DNA from: Marsupella aquatica
Taxonomy: Eukaryota; Plantae; Marchantiophyta
Direction: 5' to 3'
NCBI GenBank assembly: GCA_973895155.1
Contig: OZ316892.1
Location: 8,353,251-8,417,250 of the forward strand
Length of the DNA: 64,000 nucleotides
Positions 16,878-28,720 of the stretch are shown here, piece by piece. The notes beneath the pieces are model-generated. The model made no database searches. It saw only the letters and a program-made list of their open reading frames with translations, and had not been told where the DNA came from. Numbering within the stretch: the stretch's first letter is position 1; the number at the start of each line of letters is the position of its first letter. The translations under genes were made by a program, and so were the position numbers.

Positions 16878-17165
16878 CAGTAACCAACAACCCCAGCAAA
16901 CCTTGAGTATTTTGTACGAGCATTTCAACCAGAACAGTACCATTTACCATCAGCCTTTGGTGTCAAACTATGGGAAATAGCCCATAACCAGCAATCTCAG
17001 CCCAGGTTTGGAATTTTTGGTAGATCATTTCTACCAATAAAAGCACCATTCACCATCAGGCTTTCTGGCGAGCTGGTTTTGCTCCTGGCCCTCCGGATTC
17101 AAGTGACCAGAACTACCTCAGCAAAGTTTGAGTTTTTCGTAAAAGCATTCTCGTCAATAAAATCA
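16878..17165. repeat. Degenerate tandem repeat, ~3 x 105-120 bp
   Basis: Recurring acc..ctcagc...ttgag/gaatttt...catt...accattyaccatcag blocks. Confidence 0.5.
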
Positions 17166-18105
17166 TTTTAAAGAGGATTCCTTGAGGACTACTTCATCTG
17201 AGCATTGGAACACGAGCCATGGGGAAATATAATCGGGCGAAATGAACTAATCTTCAAATTGTCCTCGACAGGTGTATAGCCTGGGGACATCACTGAAAGT
17301 TAAGAACTTGACAAAACAATTGATACTCTTCGCTAGGATCCCTCTTAGCACGTTGTGTGTGACGAAAGGCAGTTACAGAACCACTTTCTGTAAGAAATGG
17401 AAAACATGCACCACAACATGGAAAACTTTCACCGCTTTGGTAAGTACCTTGCTTGTCCTGCTACGGGTATGAGGCTAAATGAAAGACATGCAAATCACTC
17501 TGGGCAATTAACAAAACAACCGATGTCCTCTGGAGGACGGTAGAGCACGCACAATGCCAGTGGAAATCAACGACTTGTGGGAAATGTACCACATACAATC
17601 AATGGAATTCGGACTTTAATACCTGATGCTGACCAAAACTGTTTTCTTCACTTCTCAATCTCTAGCCTTACAAATTAAGGAAGAAGATGTAAACCATGGG
17701 AACGGTCTGTACCGATACAAACGTTGGATACATATGCCATTCAAACAATACGAACCACTCTTCATAATGATGACTATTATACAGCTCCTTTCTTTTCTTC
17801 ATATCTTCTTTTGACAAAGTTGATTTTCTGGATGAAGTAAATGCCAGCCCTAAACCCTAAATATCACGCTTTGAAATCCTCCAAGGAATAAACTCTCTGT
17901 TGTCTGAAAAGATGTCGCTTGCTACCTGATTCCTCTCCGGTAATCCAAATGCAAACCCTCCATGGAATGGACTACCACGTTCTCCCTTATTTCTGGCTGA
18001 AAGAATGTGAGTCAAATGTAAGGTCTTCCTCAGTATTTCAATCCTCTCCAGGAATGCAACATGAGAAATTTTCTTTGATTTCTATGATGTCCTAACAGAG
18101 ATTCT

Positions 18106-19416
18106 TCAAACATTGAATCTAAAAAGCATTACATCTCCTTCTTGCACAATATACTCCTTCCCTTCTTGCCTTAACAGACCCATCTCTCGTGCAGTGGCCA
18201 ATGTCTTTGACTTCACAAAATCATTATAAGCAATTGTTTCTGCTCTAATAAACCCTCGCTCAAAGTCAGAATGGATCACACCAGCAGCTTGTGGTGCAGT
18301 CATCCCAGCGCGAATGGTCCAGGCCCTCGTCTCCTTTTCTCCAGTGGTGAAATAAGTCCGCAGACCCAACAGGTGGTAAGTTGCCCTAACAAGACCTCCC
18401 AGACCACCTTCTGGAACTCCAAGTGACTCCAAAAATTCCAATCTCTCTGCAACATCGAGCTCTGTAAGCTCAGCCTCCACCTGGGCAGAAACCACAACAA
18501 CCTCTGCACTGAGGTCTGCTGCCACTTCGTTCACTGTCTTCACATGAGGGTTTGACGATGGATCAGCTAGATCACCTTCAGCAACATTGGCAGCAAATAT
18601 TATTGGCTTCATCGTGAGCAAAGATAATTGGTCAACAAGCGGCCCCTCATCATCAGCAAGTGCCACTGAACGTGCAGGAGACCCACTCAACAGCGCTTCA
18701 TGAATTCTCTCCAGTGCTCCAACCTCCAATTCCTCCTGGGCCTTAACTTTCGGGTCCTTCACCCTCCCCTTTTTGACACGCTCTATTCTCTTCTCAATTT
18801 GGTCAATATCACAAAAAGCAAGCTCCAAATTAATGATATCAATATCAGCTCTGGGATCCACCTTCCCGTTCACATGTGTGATATCGTCATCCTCAAAGCA
18901 CCGAACCACCTGAACGATGGAGTCCACCTGCCGGATATGTGAGAGGAACTTGTTGCCAAGCCCCTCCCCCTGGCTGGCGCCCTTCACAAGCCCTGCAATG
19001 TCCACAAACTCCACGGAAGTAGGGACCGCTTTGAGTGATTTACTGAGCTGAGAGAGCACATCCAGACGTGGGTCTACCACTGTTGCAATTCCCACATTCG
19101 GCTCTATTGTACAGAAGGGGAAGTTGGCAGCCTGAGCTTTGCCACTCTCAACCAGAGCGTTGAACAGAGTGGACTTGCCCACATTGGGGAGCCCCACAAT
19201 TCCGCTCTTCAAGCTCATGCTGAGCCGGCTCCCGTTGCTGGACAACGCTCGCTGGAAGCCCAGGAAGCCAGCTCTTTCTCCTCCTCCTCCTCTGCATCCT
19301 GTGAAGAAGGCATTGGACAGGTGACAGCTTTTGGTGCGGAAGATTCCGTTGGAGGTTGCTCTGGCGATCGGCAGAATGTATGTCGACGAGATGGTGTGGT
19401 GAATCGCTGCAGCCAT
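18106..19416 (-). CDS. ychF: YchF/OLA1 Obg-family ribosome-binding ATPase, bacterial/organellar type, single coding exon, 436 aa
   Basis: ATG at 19416 (MAAAIHH...). Transit-peptide-like N-terminus, then GIVGLPNVGKST, ANFPFCTIEPN, DIAGLVKGASQGEGLGNKFL, ANVAE (NxxE G4), AAGVIHSDFERGFIRAE, GDVMLFRFNV*. Confidence 0.96.
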   Translation of the reverse strand: MAAAIHHTISSTYILPIARATSNGIFRTKSCHLSNAFFTGCRGGGGERAGFLGFQRALSSNGSRLSMSLKSGIVGLPNVGKSTLFNALVESGKAQAANFPFCTIEPNVGIATVVDPRLDVLSQLSKSLKAVPTSVEFVDIAGLVKGASQGEGLGNKFLSHIRQVDSIVQVVRCFEDDDITHVNGKVDPRADIDIINLELAFCDIDQIEKRIERVKKGRVKDPKVKAQEELEVGALERIHEALLSGSPARSVALADDEGPLVDQLSLLTMKPIIFAANVAEGDLADPSSNPHVKTVNEVAADLSAEVVVVSAQVEAELTELDVAERLEFLESLGVPEGGLGGLVRATYHLLGLRTYFTTGEKETRAWTIRAGMTAPQAAGVIHSDFERGFIRAETIAYNDFVKSKTLATAREMGLLRQEGKEYIVQEGDVMLFRFNV

Positions 19417-19693
19417 GGTGGCAGCAGGGGCTGCCGAGCAGCTCACGGATGAGGAGAGGGCCTCGAAGGAGGAGAGCTGACAAGCATTCCACAGGGAGAA
19501 GCAGATTTGACGTTTCTTCTTCTGGACCAGCTGAATTCGCACTTTAGAGACATTGCTTTTGTTATCCTAACCTCTCTGCTCCTCCACCACCCCCCAAGCG
19601 CCTACTCTAGTTTGTTATCTGACCCTTTCTTCCTGAACTTCTCAAAAGATCACATAACACTATGCAGTGGTAGATCTTCATTTCTCGTCTCAT

Positions 19694-19699
<6 letters not shown>

Positions 19700-19736
<37 letters not shown>
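19700..19736. repeat. (AT)n microsatellite
   Basis: About 18 AT units; abuts the 3' end of a minus-strand retroelement-like fragment (~19737-19890). Confidence 0.95.
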
Positions 19737-19739
<3 letters not shown>

Positions 19740-20249
19740 AACTGCCACAAACAAGAGTCATCCAACTGGGAGACTCGATCCCACAGGCCACAGACCCAAT
19801 AAAGGGGAGGCTGCCAAAGAGCCAAAATGCCCAACTGAAGAGACCCCAACTGATGTCCACAACAACACCTAGCAGGAACAAAGAAACTTAACAGCCTACT
19901 TAATTATTGGTAAACTGGGGAGTGACCCACATAGGAGGGTCAAGCAGAGGAATATGACTAGGGGCCCTAATACCAACAGCCTCATCCCTACCAAGAATAG
20001 TGAATGCATGAGCACTCTGAAAGTGGAGGCAGAGGCAAGCATAGGGGGGTTGAGAGGGAGGCAAGTGGACAAATTAGCGGTTTGTTGGAACTCAAGATTT
20101 GCATTTATCTTCTTCTTTTGAGTTTAGTGTTTGTCCTAGACCTCTTTTCCTTTTATTCCATGGTACTTTGTTTGGCTCTTTTAAGTAAAATAGGCCTTTT
20201 ACTCTACCTCAAGAAGGGTTGGCATCTTACCCTTTGATCTGAACTCTCA

Positions 20250-23200
20250 AGAGCAATTGTTTTGAGTTGGGTGAAAACATCCCACCCTTGAGAACATCTC
20301 ACCCTATTGTTGGAAAGGTAGAGCTTCATAGTTTAGGAACGCTTGTAGACACAAATTGTCCCACTCTTTTTCCAGCATATTCACAGGCATTAAGGTCTTC
20401 TCCTAACTTTGTCAATCAAAACATTTCCCACTATACAGCAAACTGCAAACTGATACCTCGTCAATTCAAACTAGCAAATGCACTATCTTATCAGTTTCTC
20501 AGGCCAAAAGGCTTAGATGAGCTAAATGCACGATCTTATCAGTTTCTCAGGCCAAAAGGCTTACTTAGATGAGCTACACTGGAATGCTATCTGGAGTTGC
20601 AACAAATCTGCTTATGAGTGGAATTATTTCTGGAAACATTTGTGGTCTTCCTTTTTTTTTCTTTTTCTTTTTTAAAAAAATTAAACATTTGTTCCGCGTG
20701 AACCCCACGGATGGGGGGAACCAGCAGGCCCAAGGGCAATAGAAGCCAGAAAGGCCAAGAAGAACACATAAAGCCAACAGGCGAGTGTACCTGAGAGTCA
20801 AGAAAAAGTGCCACACAATCCAAAGCCTACAGTCTTCTCAGGAGCACCTACCAATCCCAGAGCAGTACCCTAATCAAAAACCTCCAACCGGGTTGCAGAT
20901 TGCCCAGTCCATAAAACAGGAGAGATCCCAACAATCACTAGCCCACAAACAGTAGGCACCCCATCTCCATCTGTCAACAGAATCTACCAGCCCCACAGCC
21001 ATCTAGCAAGCCTATGTAGCAAATCTAATTCCCCTTTGTGAAATCAAACGAGCCCTGATGTTCCCTACCAACTCCTTGGCACGGAGAAGTCGGGTGTGTT
21101 TCCTGCTTGGAGGAGAAGATCTCCCAGCCGCCAATAACATGTCATTTACCTCAGATAAAACCAGTGAAAGATTGAAGCTTCTTCTCTTCCTATGATCAAA
21201 TGTCTGCTCATTTCTGCCCAGCCATAACGTCCACAAGACCTGAAATAGAATACAGGCCTTCAGTGTGTTAACACAATCCCTCCCCACAGTGGAGTCCAGC
21301 AAGGGGAGAAGAGCCAAAATACGCCAGTTGAACCATCCAGCTAGACAGTCCTGTGTTACCTGCCAGCAACGCCGAGCATGTCTGCACTCAAAAAAGATAT
21401 GAGGAATTGATTCCCAAGCATCATGACACAGCAGACATCGTCCGTTTCCTTTCCCAATTTTCAATGCCTACACTCCAAAGAACAGACCCTGCGCAGTGAT
21501 CCTCCATATAAAGGTCTTGGCACGTGTAGAGATATCAAGTGTCCATAAATTGAGCCATAACTTACTCCATTCTCTCTCTGTCCTAGTACCTCCCCAGATC
21601 CTATTGAGTCGATTCATCTCCGAACCTTTTGGCCTAAGCAATTGATAGATCCTCCTGTTATCAAGCCTAAACATTCTCAGCTTATCTTCACTGTCAATCC
21701 AACACCATGAAGCAGGTCTAGTAAGTCTAGTAGAAGCCCCAGCCAAACAAGTCCTAGCATAAGAGATCACTCCAATCTCCTCCATACAAAGGGTTCTGAG
21801 TGCCTGATCAATTCCATGAATCCTGTCCAATCGTTCTGCCACCGAGATCCAACATCTCTTACTCCCTGACCATAGTGCATCAACTCTCTTAAGGCCAATA
21901 CGGCCACAAACCTCAGCAACCGGTTCAGACAGTCTTCCGGTAGAGATTGAAATCCTTCCAGACATTTGATCAGTTCAGAAAAACCCCAGTGCCCTGGGAT
22001 AGCTCCATCCCGAGGGCAAAAAACCAAGAATAACCTAAGTGGTTCCCAAGCCTTCCACAGACTCCCAGTATACCTCAATTTACCAAAATTTGCTGGTGAA
22101 CAAAGTAAAATCCTATCTGTCAATGAATAGCCATTTCTTCTAATATTCTTATAATTTTTCCACTTAGCCAAACAAAGATTAGCCCCAAAAAGCAGGGCCC
22201 ACTCTGTATTAGGGTGGTCCAAAGCTTTAGTAAACCACTGACACAGCAAAGCATCCGAATGGACCTGAAAGTCCTTGAAGCCTAAACCGCCCATCACCTT
22301 GGGTCGAGTCAAGGTACCCCAGGCCACCAACGGGACCTTCCTCCCACCAGCCGGATTATAGCCCCAAAGAAAGTTACGACAAAGCGCTGTCATCTTTTTC
22401 CCCAGTGCTACAGAGGACTTTAGAAACATCATATGATAAATTGGTATTGCCTACAGCACATGTTTAACCAGCAGAGCTCGCCCGGTGAACGATAGAAGTC
22501 GAGTAGTCCAACATGACAACCTAAGCGCAATTTTATCCAAACAGAAGTCATGCAATTTAGTTGTTAAAAGGTCCCGGCCAAAGGGAGCCCCCAGATACCG
22601 TTGCACCTCCCCAGATCCACTGATAGTACACCCAGACTGAGCCAGCCACTCGGGTATCACCTCAAGCGCCAAAGGTATTATCACTGACTTGCGGAGGTTC
22701 AGGCGAGCCCCGGAGGCCAACTCATAGACAGCCAGCGTATCCCTAGTTTGAACAAAAGCCACCTCTGTGGCCGGTATAACCATACCCAGGTCATCCGCAA
22801 ACAATCGATAGCAGAGAGTCATTCCAAGTGTAATCTGAATTCCACTAAGTCTTCCTGATTTAATCTCAGCATCTAGAAAGTCCATCAGAGGTTGCGTAGA
22901 GATGGCGAACAGCAGAGGTGAGAGCGGGCAGCCCTGTCTCACCCCCCGTAGCAACGACACCTCCCCTGAGAACATTCCATTTACATGGATCCGAGAAGCA
23001 GAATTGCTTAATAGACCCTTCACCAGCAAAATAAAATGTGTGCTCAGCCCAAGTAGGTGCATTGTCTCCCAGATATAAGAGTGACTGACTCGATCAAAGG
23101 CCTTCTCAAAGTCCAATTTCAGAAAAAGGGACTCATTTGTTATGCTTAACCCAATCCTTTGTAAGCCATGCAATAGAAATATTCTCAAGAATATGTCTCC

Positions 23201-24312
23201 CCGGAATGAATCCAGTCTGCTGCACACTGATAAGGGAAGGGAGCAGCACTTTCAACCTCACAGCCAGCAGTTTAGCAATGATCTTGTATATAGTGTTTAG
23301 CATCGTGAGTGGCCTCCAGTCTTTCAGTCTTCTCTTATCAGGCTTCTTGGGGATGAATTTGATTATCCCCAACTTGATAGAGCAAGCCAGATCCCCATTC
23401 ACCCAAAAAGCCTGTATCATTCTCATCATGTCATCCTTCATAAAGGAATTTGTGGTCTTCCTACTTATCCACTTGTGCTAAAGTCTTCATTTGGAGAGTA
23501 ATTTCTCAGCGAGTTTCTCAGGGACTCTTCATTGGTAGCAGAGCTTGGAGGATTGGGAAGAGAGATGGTTGCTGCGCTCTGTGCCCTGGACAATTAGAGA
23601 CTATTCCTCATATCTTCAATTTCTGCTCTATTACCAGAAACTGCTGGGACATTATTGCGCATTGTTTTCCTGGGGTGATTTAATGGTCTGGCTTTGACTT
23701 GATTCATTTGATACATTCGGCACTAGATAGAACCACTATATCTATCCTCAAGCTTTCTTTCATTTATCAGATCTTGTGGATGCTATGGAATAGTAGGAAT
23801 CAGCAAATGTTCAAATCTTGTGCCAGACGTACCTTTGACATTCATCTGATTCTATCAGAACTGTCTGTCAGCTTATATGCGACTGCTCACATTGTACCAC
23901 TGAGCAGGAAATTTACAAGGTTGATCAGCTAAACGGGATGTTGATGCTGAAAAACAGAGATGGCAGAGTATCGGTGGAGGTAGAATCACATTGAATTAAG
24001 TTTAGCGGGCTCCCATTGCCTGGCAGTTCTACTAGTGGAGGGTCAATACTTTACCTATCTCACGGGTATGCCTTTTCTTGTTGGCTCAGATAATTGGGTT
24101 GGACCTTTGGGATCACTCTGCCCTTGCCTGTTGGGCTGTTCTGGTTTTAGTGTCTTTTGGGCTGGCTTTTCTCCACGGTTAATTGATATTGCCGGGAGTT
24201 TTTATGCCTCCGCCTTGGGCTTCTGTTGGGTTTGCCCGCCCCTTGCCCCTGTTGGCCTTCTGGTTTCCCCCTGTCCGTGGGGTTTTCGCGGTTTTTATTC
24301 AAAATTAAAAAG
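20250..24312 (+). mobile_element. Older degenerate L1-type LINE (ORF2 C-terminus + 3' UTR) interrupted by a second LINE; left boundary approximate
   Basis: Removing the insert and one TSD restores ...YQFLRPKG...WNAIWSCNKSAYEWNYFWKHLWSSYLSTCAKVFIWRVISQ...CALCPGQLETIPHIFNFC (zf-RVT)...LWMLWNSRNQQMF; A-rich end near 24300-24311. Confidence 0.8.
20653..23447 (-). mobile_element. 5'-truncated L1-clade LINE (RT + zf-RVT), frameshifted, with A-rich tail and 15-bp TSD
   Basis: RT motifs WRPLTMLNTIYK, QTGFIPGR, KLDFEKAFDRV, GVRQGCPLSP, LFADD, YLGAP; zf CLLC..ESIPHIFFEC; T-tract 20652-20673; TSD atttgtggtcttcct at 20638-20652 and 23448-23462. Confidence 0.95.
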
Positions 24313-24399
24313 TCTTGGGGTTCTTCCCCCCACCCCCACAAAAAACCTTTCCCAATATGCATCCAAAAATTGAAATTCTTCTTACCTTTGAGGGTCTCC

Positions 24400-26680
24400 A
24401 CCCCAAAGTTTGGTGCCATCAACTTTGGTGATTTATTTTTGATGTTGTTGTCAAGGCCTTTGTACTGATGGCCATCTATTGCACAAAGACAATTTGTACC
24501 ACAAAATACTTGACTCCAAGTGCACCACTTGACCTCTTTATCTCTAGATACTTAACAATTTCAGATGAAGATTTGAACAGTACTATGTGACTTCAAAGAT
24601 CTTTCCAACACCCTTCATCAAAAAATAATTTATTCAGTAGTTTGAAGATATCTATATAGCAGAAATGGATTGTCAAAGTCTCTAAACATACCAACAAAAA
24701 AGGTCAAACCTCAATGATCATAACTTCCTTGTTATAGTTCTGTTGAGATAATATTTTATAATGATACAATACATGTCGGCAAGATTTTTCTAATGATGTC
24801 ATTTTGTGCCCCCAACTGATTCTGTTGTCCATACAACTTCCTTATGGCATCTTCATCATTTAGAAAACATATCAAATGGCCAGTGGTAATCTCTCGTGAA
24901 ATGCACCATCCGTCAACAATCTCGCACATGGAGGTGGCTTCCACTAATGATCTTTTCCAGCAATCACCTTCTGCCAATGATCTCTCATGTAGCACACAAA
25001 CTAGCTTTGATACCAATTATTACCCCAAACTATGTTATGCGCAGAAAACCCAGATTATACCTACTTTTTGAATTTATCCAATTTGTGGTATGCCGCATAT
25101 GTAAGAATCCTTAAAAAAGGAGGAAGAAATGGTGAAATGAGGAACTTTCAAAACTTTTTGGAGCTTTTTTATTACATTTAAGTCATTTGGTGACTTACAA
25201 AAGGATATCACTCAAGTTTTACAATGAATGTCATTGGATGTCACCTGACATTTACAAAGGATGTTTGTTAGCGATGTTCAAACTTGTTATATGGGGCGCT
25301 TTCAAGAGGCCCTCAACCATTTCATAAAAGACGCCCTTCAAAGGTGCCCGAGCCTAAGGCACTTGATATGTTTTTTGTCCAAAGCTCCTAATTATTTGAA
25401 GGGCTTCCAGAACTTTAGGTCAGCTGGAAATTTGCAAGCATGATCTTTGGAGTATAATCTACTTGCTGCACAGTTCAAGACTTTTTGGAGTTGGTTTCCT
25501 TGGTTTTTGATCAGGTCTATGTTAGTTGATTGTTAATTAGTTCAAATTACATCAAATTTTAATTAGTTCTACTTTGTTTTACATATTAGTTTTCTTTGGA
25601 GGATGAAGAGGTATGTCTTTTCATCTTTCCAAGGATATCCTTAATATTTATTTTAGTTAGTTTTTGGTTTTCAAGGAGTGAAAAGTTACACCTTTTCATT
25701 CCCTCTTGACCATCCTTGCTTGAGGCATTATATAAGGAAGGGTGATTACACTAGTTAGGTAAGTTAGTTCTGGCATATCTTAGCCAAAGAGATTGTCCCT
25801 TTGACACTGATTATGGAGACATTTAAGACATATTTTGAATGTCGCTCCTTAGGTGAAGAAAAGGAGACTAACTTCCTTCTATATTAGATTCCATGAGGAA
25901 TTTGGATATGGAAGTAAAACTACATAAATACATGTAATTTGTATCTTGGATCATAGATAGCATTGGCTTGAGATCCAATATATGAAACTCTTTCTTTATG
26001 AAACTCTAGAGTTGTCCAAAATATCTTTGACCATGTATGATTGGTAAGAATTTGTGGAAGTCTAGAGGGGAATTCATTTCAAGCTTTCTAGGGTAAAAGT
26101 CCATTCTCATGAGTTTTAGTACCGCCATTGGCAAACAAAGACTATGAGCATTCATACCAAGTTGCGCATCGCTAGAGTATTGAATCCTGTTGCCGACAGT
26201 TTACTAGTTGGGACTGCACACAATGTCCAAAAAGATCTTTGTGTGCTTGGTGAACTAATACTAGAAGGAGGAGAAATGAGAGTATAAATTTGGGAAGCAA
26301 TCAGAGAGGGGTTTTGTGTACCTTTTAACATCTTAAAGTGGCCATATCCTTCCATAAGCTATGGTGATGGAGGTAGCTCAGTGCTGAAGCCTGATTTTAA
26401 AAGTCCTAGAATTATAGTCTACGAAGGAGAATTATATTTCCTTGTCTTTTGTTAATTGTGCATTTTGGTTTCAAATGTGTAAGAGGTTGAGTTTCCTCAT
26501 TAAACCACTCATTTGTGTTAAAACACTCCATTCCCATTCTGTTTTGCTCTTTAGGGGAACGAATTCTGAGTTTTTACTTTATTATATGCATTTTATGCAT
26601 TGACACAATTACTGAATTTGAAGGAAAAATTCTGAATTATATATATTTTATATCTCCACTTTATTAGAACAAAGAATTAC
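24400..26680. mobile_element. Old LTR-retrotransposon debris (boundaries uncertain)
   Basis: gctttgatacca-at-tat at 25004-25020 resembles the tRNA-iMet PBS/LTR junction of the intact copia (gctctgatacca-at-tgt). Surrounding DNA is LTR-like in composition; no recognisable ORF. Confidence 0.35.
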
Positions 26681-28229
26681 CAAGTAGTTTAGAGGTACCT
26701 GGCCAAGAGGCAATGGGCCAATCAATCAAGATGAACCAGATAGAGCCTGGAATTACCCAGAAATAGGAATATCCGGATGGGCACCCAACCTCCTAGGAAA
26801 AGCAAGTATGCTAAGCAGGTATGGCAAAACGTTGTGATAGAGGCGGCACGGGAAGGTCAACCAAATGTACTCCACAAATAATTGATCCATGGAAATACAT
26901 TAAAACCTAGATTAGAGGAGAAGACATTGACCACCACTGCCAGACAATGCACAGTCCCACAGAAAATATGAAAAAATTGCAATTGTAGTAAGTCTAGTTG
27001 ATACATTGATGAATAAAAGAGATTATCTAAGTTTTACTTTAGTACTTAATATATATGGTGTTTGGTCATTGAGTGATAACTTCTGTGCAACACTTATGGG
27101 TTTTAATCATAACGTCATTTACACATGTTTACTTAGTATAAAACATGAAAATCTAGAATGATGACATAAGTCTAGTAGATATATCATCGCGGGTTCACCA
27201 TACAATTTTCACAAAAATCTCCAAACACATGATGGACCAAACGAGAAGTGTGTTTTGGGATTTGCAAATAGGCAAATCACTAACTTTAAGTGTTTCTCAA
27301 AAACATAATTATGCCACAGAATCCAATGTTGAATTTAAAAGTAGGTACTTGCAAACTCAAAATGTTGAATAATTGAATGCAGCAATAACAAAACACTTCA
27401 CCATTCTAGAATTGAATATTCAATTTTCAAAACACAAAAATGGCATTTAATCCTGCCATCTCCAAGAGCCAAATCCAGTCAAGCTTGAAACATTTGCAAA
27501 TATTACCAATTCACCACTTGCCCCCAAAACCAGCAAATGCTAGGAAAAAAGCATTCCCGACTCATTTTTGGATGTTGCTAGATTAAAAAAGTTGAATTGG
27601 AGGAATGCATTATATAACCAAAGTAAATTAATCAGTGGACCCCCATGTTCATCCAAGGAATGTGTACGTGTGTGATGAAGTGAAATCAATTTTCAGCAAG
27701 GCAGTAACCAATGGTTTTGAGTCTCCCGATAGTCCTGGTTGAGATGATCTCTGTGGTTTATCAAATGGAAGGTTGAATGTGGAGCAATTGAGTTTTTTTA
27801 TGGTTTTCGCTTACACATTGGAGAAATTGTGTTTCTATCAATCCTGATTGATTGTTTGTGAGTTACATTGAGCATTATTGCCACAAGACCGACCGGAGGA
27901 CAACACTCAGCTGTTGGCAAAAGGGTGCTTGTCTTTTTGGTGGGAAGAACGCACAAAATGGATGAGCCATCACTTCACATGAAGGTTTTGTAGTTTTATT
28001 TAAGAAAGCTATGGTGTGAGAGGGAGACCAACGATTGTTTCTTCGACATAGAGGCTACATTTGGCGTCAACTTGTGTTTAGAGTGAGTTTCATTGGAAGC
28101 CTAGAGGGATGCGAACAATTCAACTAGGAAGCAAGCGTTGCGGACAAGCAATGATGATGTAATTGAAGAAATCAATTTGCAGCGGCTAAGTTTGTGACGG
28201 TCACGGGATTGTGACATCTCTTAATCAAG

Positions 28230-28720
28230 AAAGGGTTTCCAATGAGTCTCAAATTAACAAATGTTGTCAAGTTCCAAATGAGTTTTTGAATTTCTCAGTC
28301 TTTGCAATGAGTGCAACAATAAGAAATTTTGATCATGAGTTCATGAATTCTTTTAACTTTCCAACATTGAGTCCGACATTGACAAATTTCATGTCAAATT
28401 TTGTCATGGTACTAAAGAGATCATGAGGTTTTCAATCTCTCTAGCTTTCTAATGTGTGACATTGGGAGTATTCGTCAAGATTTAGAGAAATCATGAATAT
28501 CCAAATTTCTCTAGCTTTCCAATGAACCTAACATTGATAGATTTGGTCAAGTACTAAGGAGATGATGAGTTTCTAATTTACTCTAACTTTCCAATGAATG
28601 TGACATTGAGAGTTTTATAAAAAGAGTACTAAAGAGTTCATGAATTTCTAAATCTTGATCTTGAACTTTCCAATGAATCCAACATTGACAGATTTCATCA
28701 AGTACTAAGGAGATTGATAA
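28230..28720. repeat. Degenerate tandem array, ~8 x ~60 bp
   Basis: Recurring ctttccaatg...acattga...tcaagtactaa..agatcatga. Confidence 0.75.
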
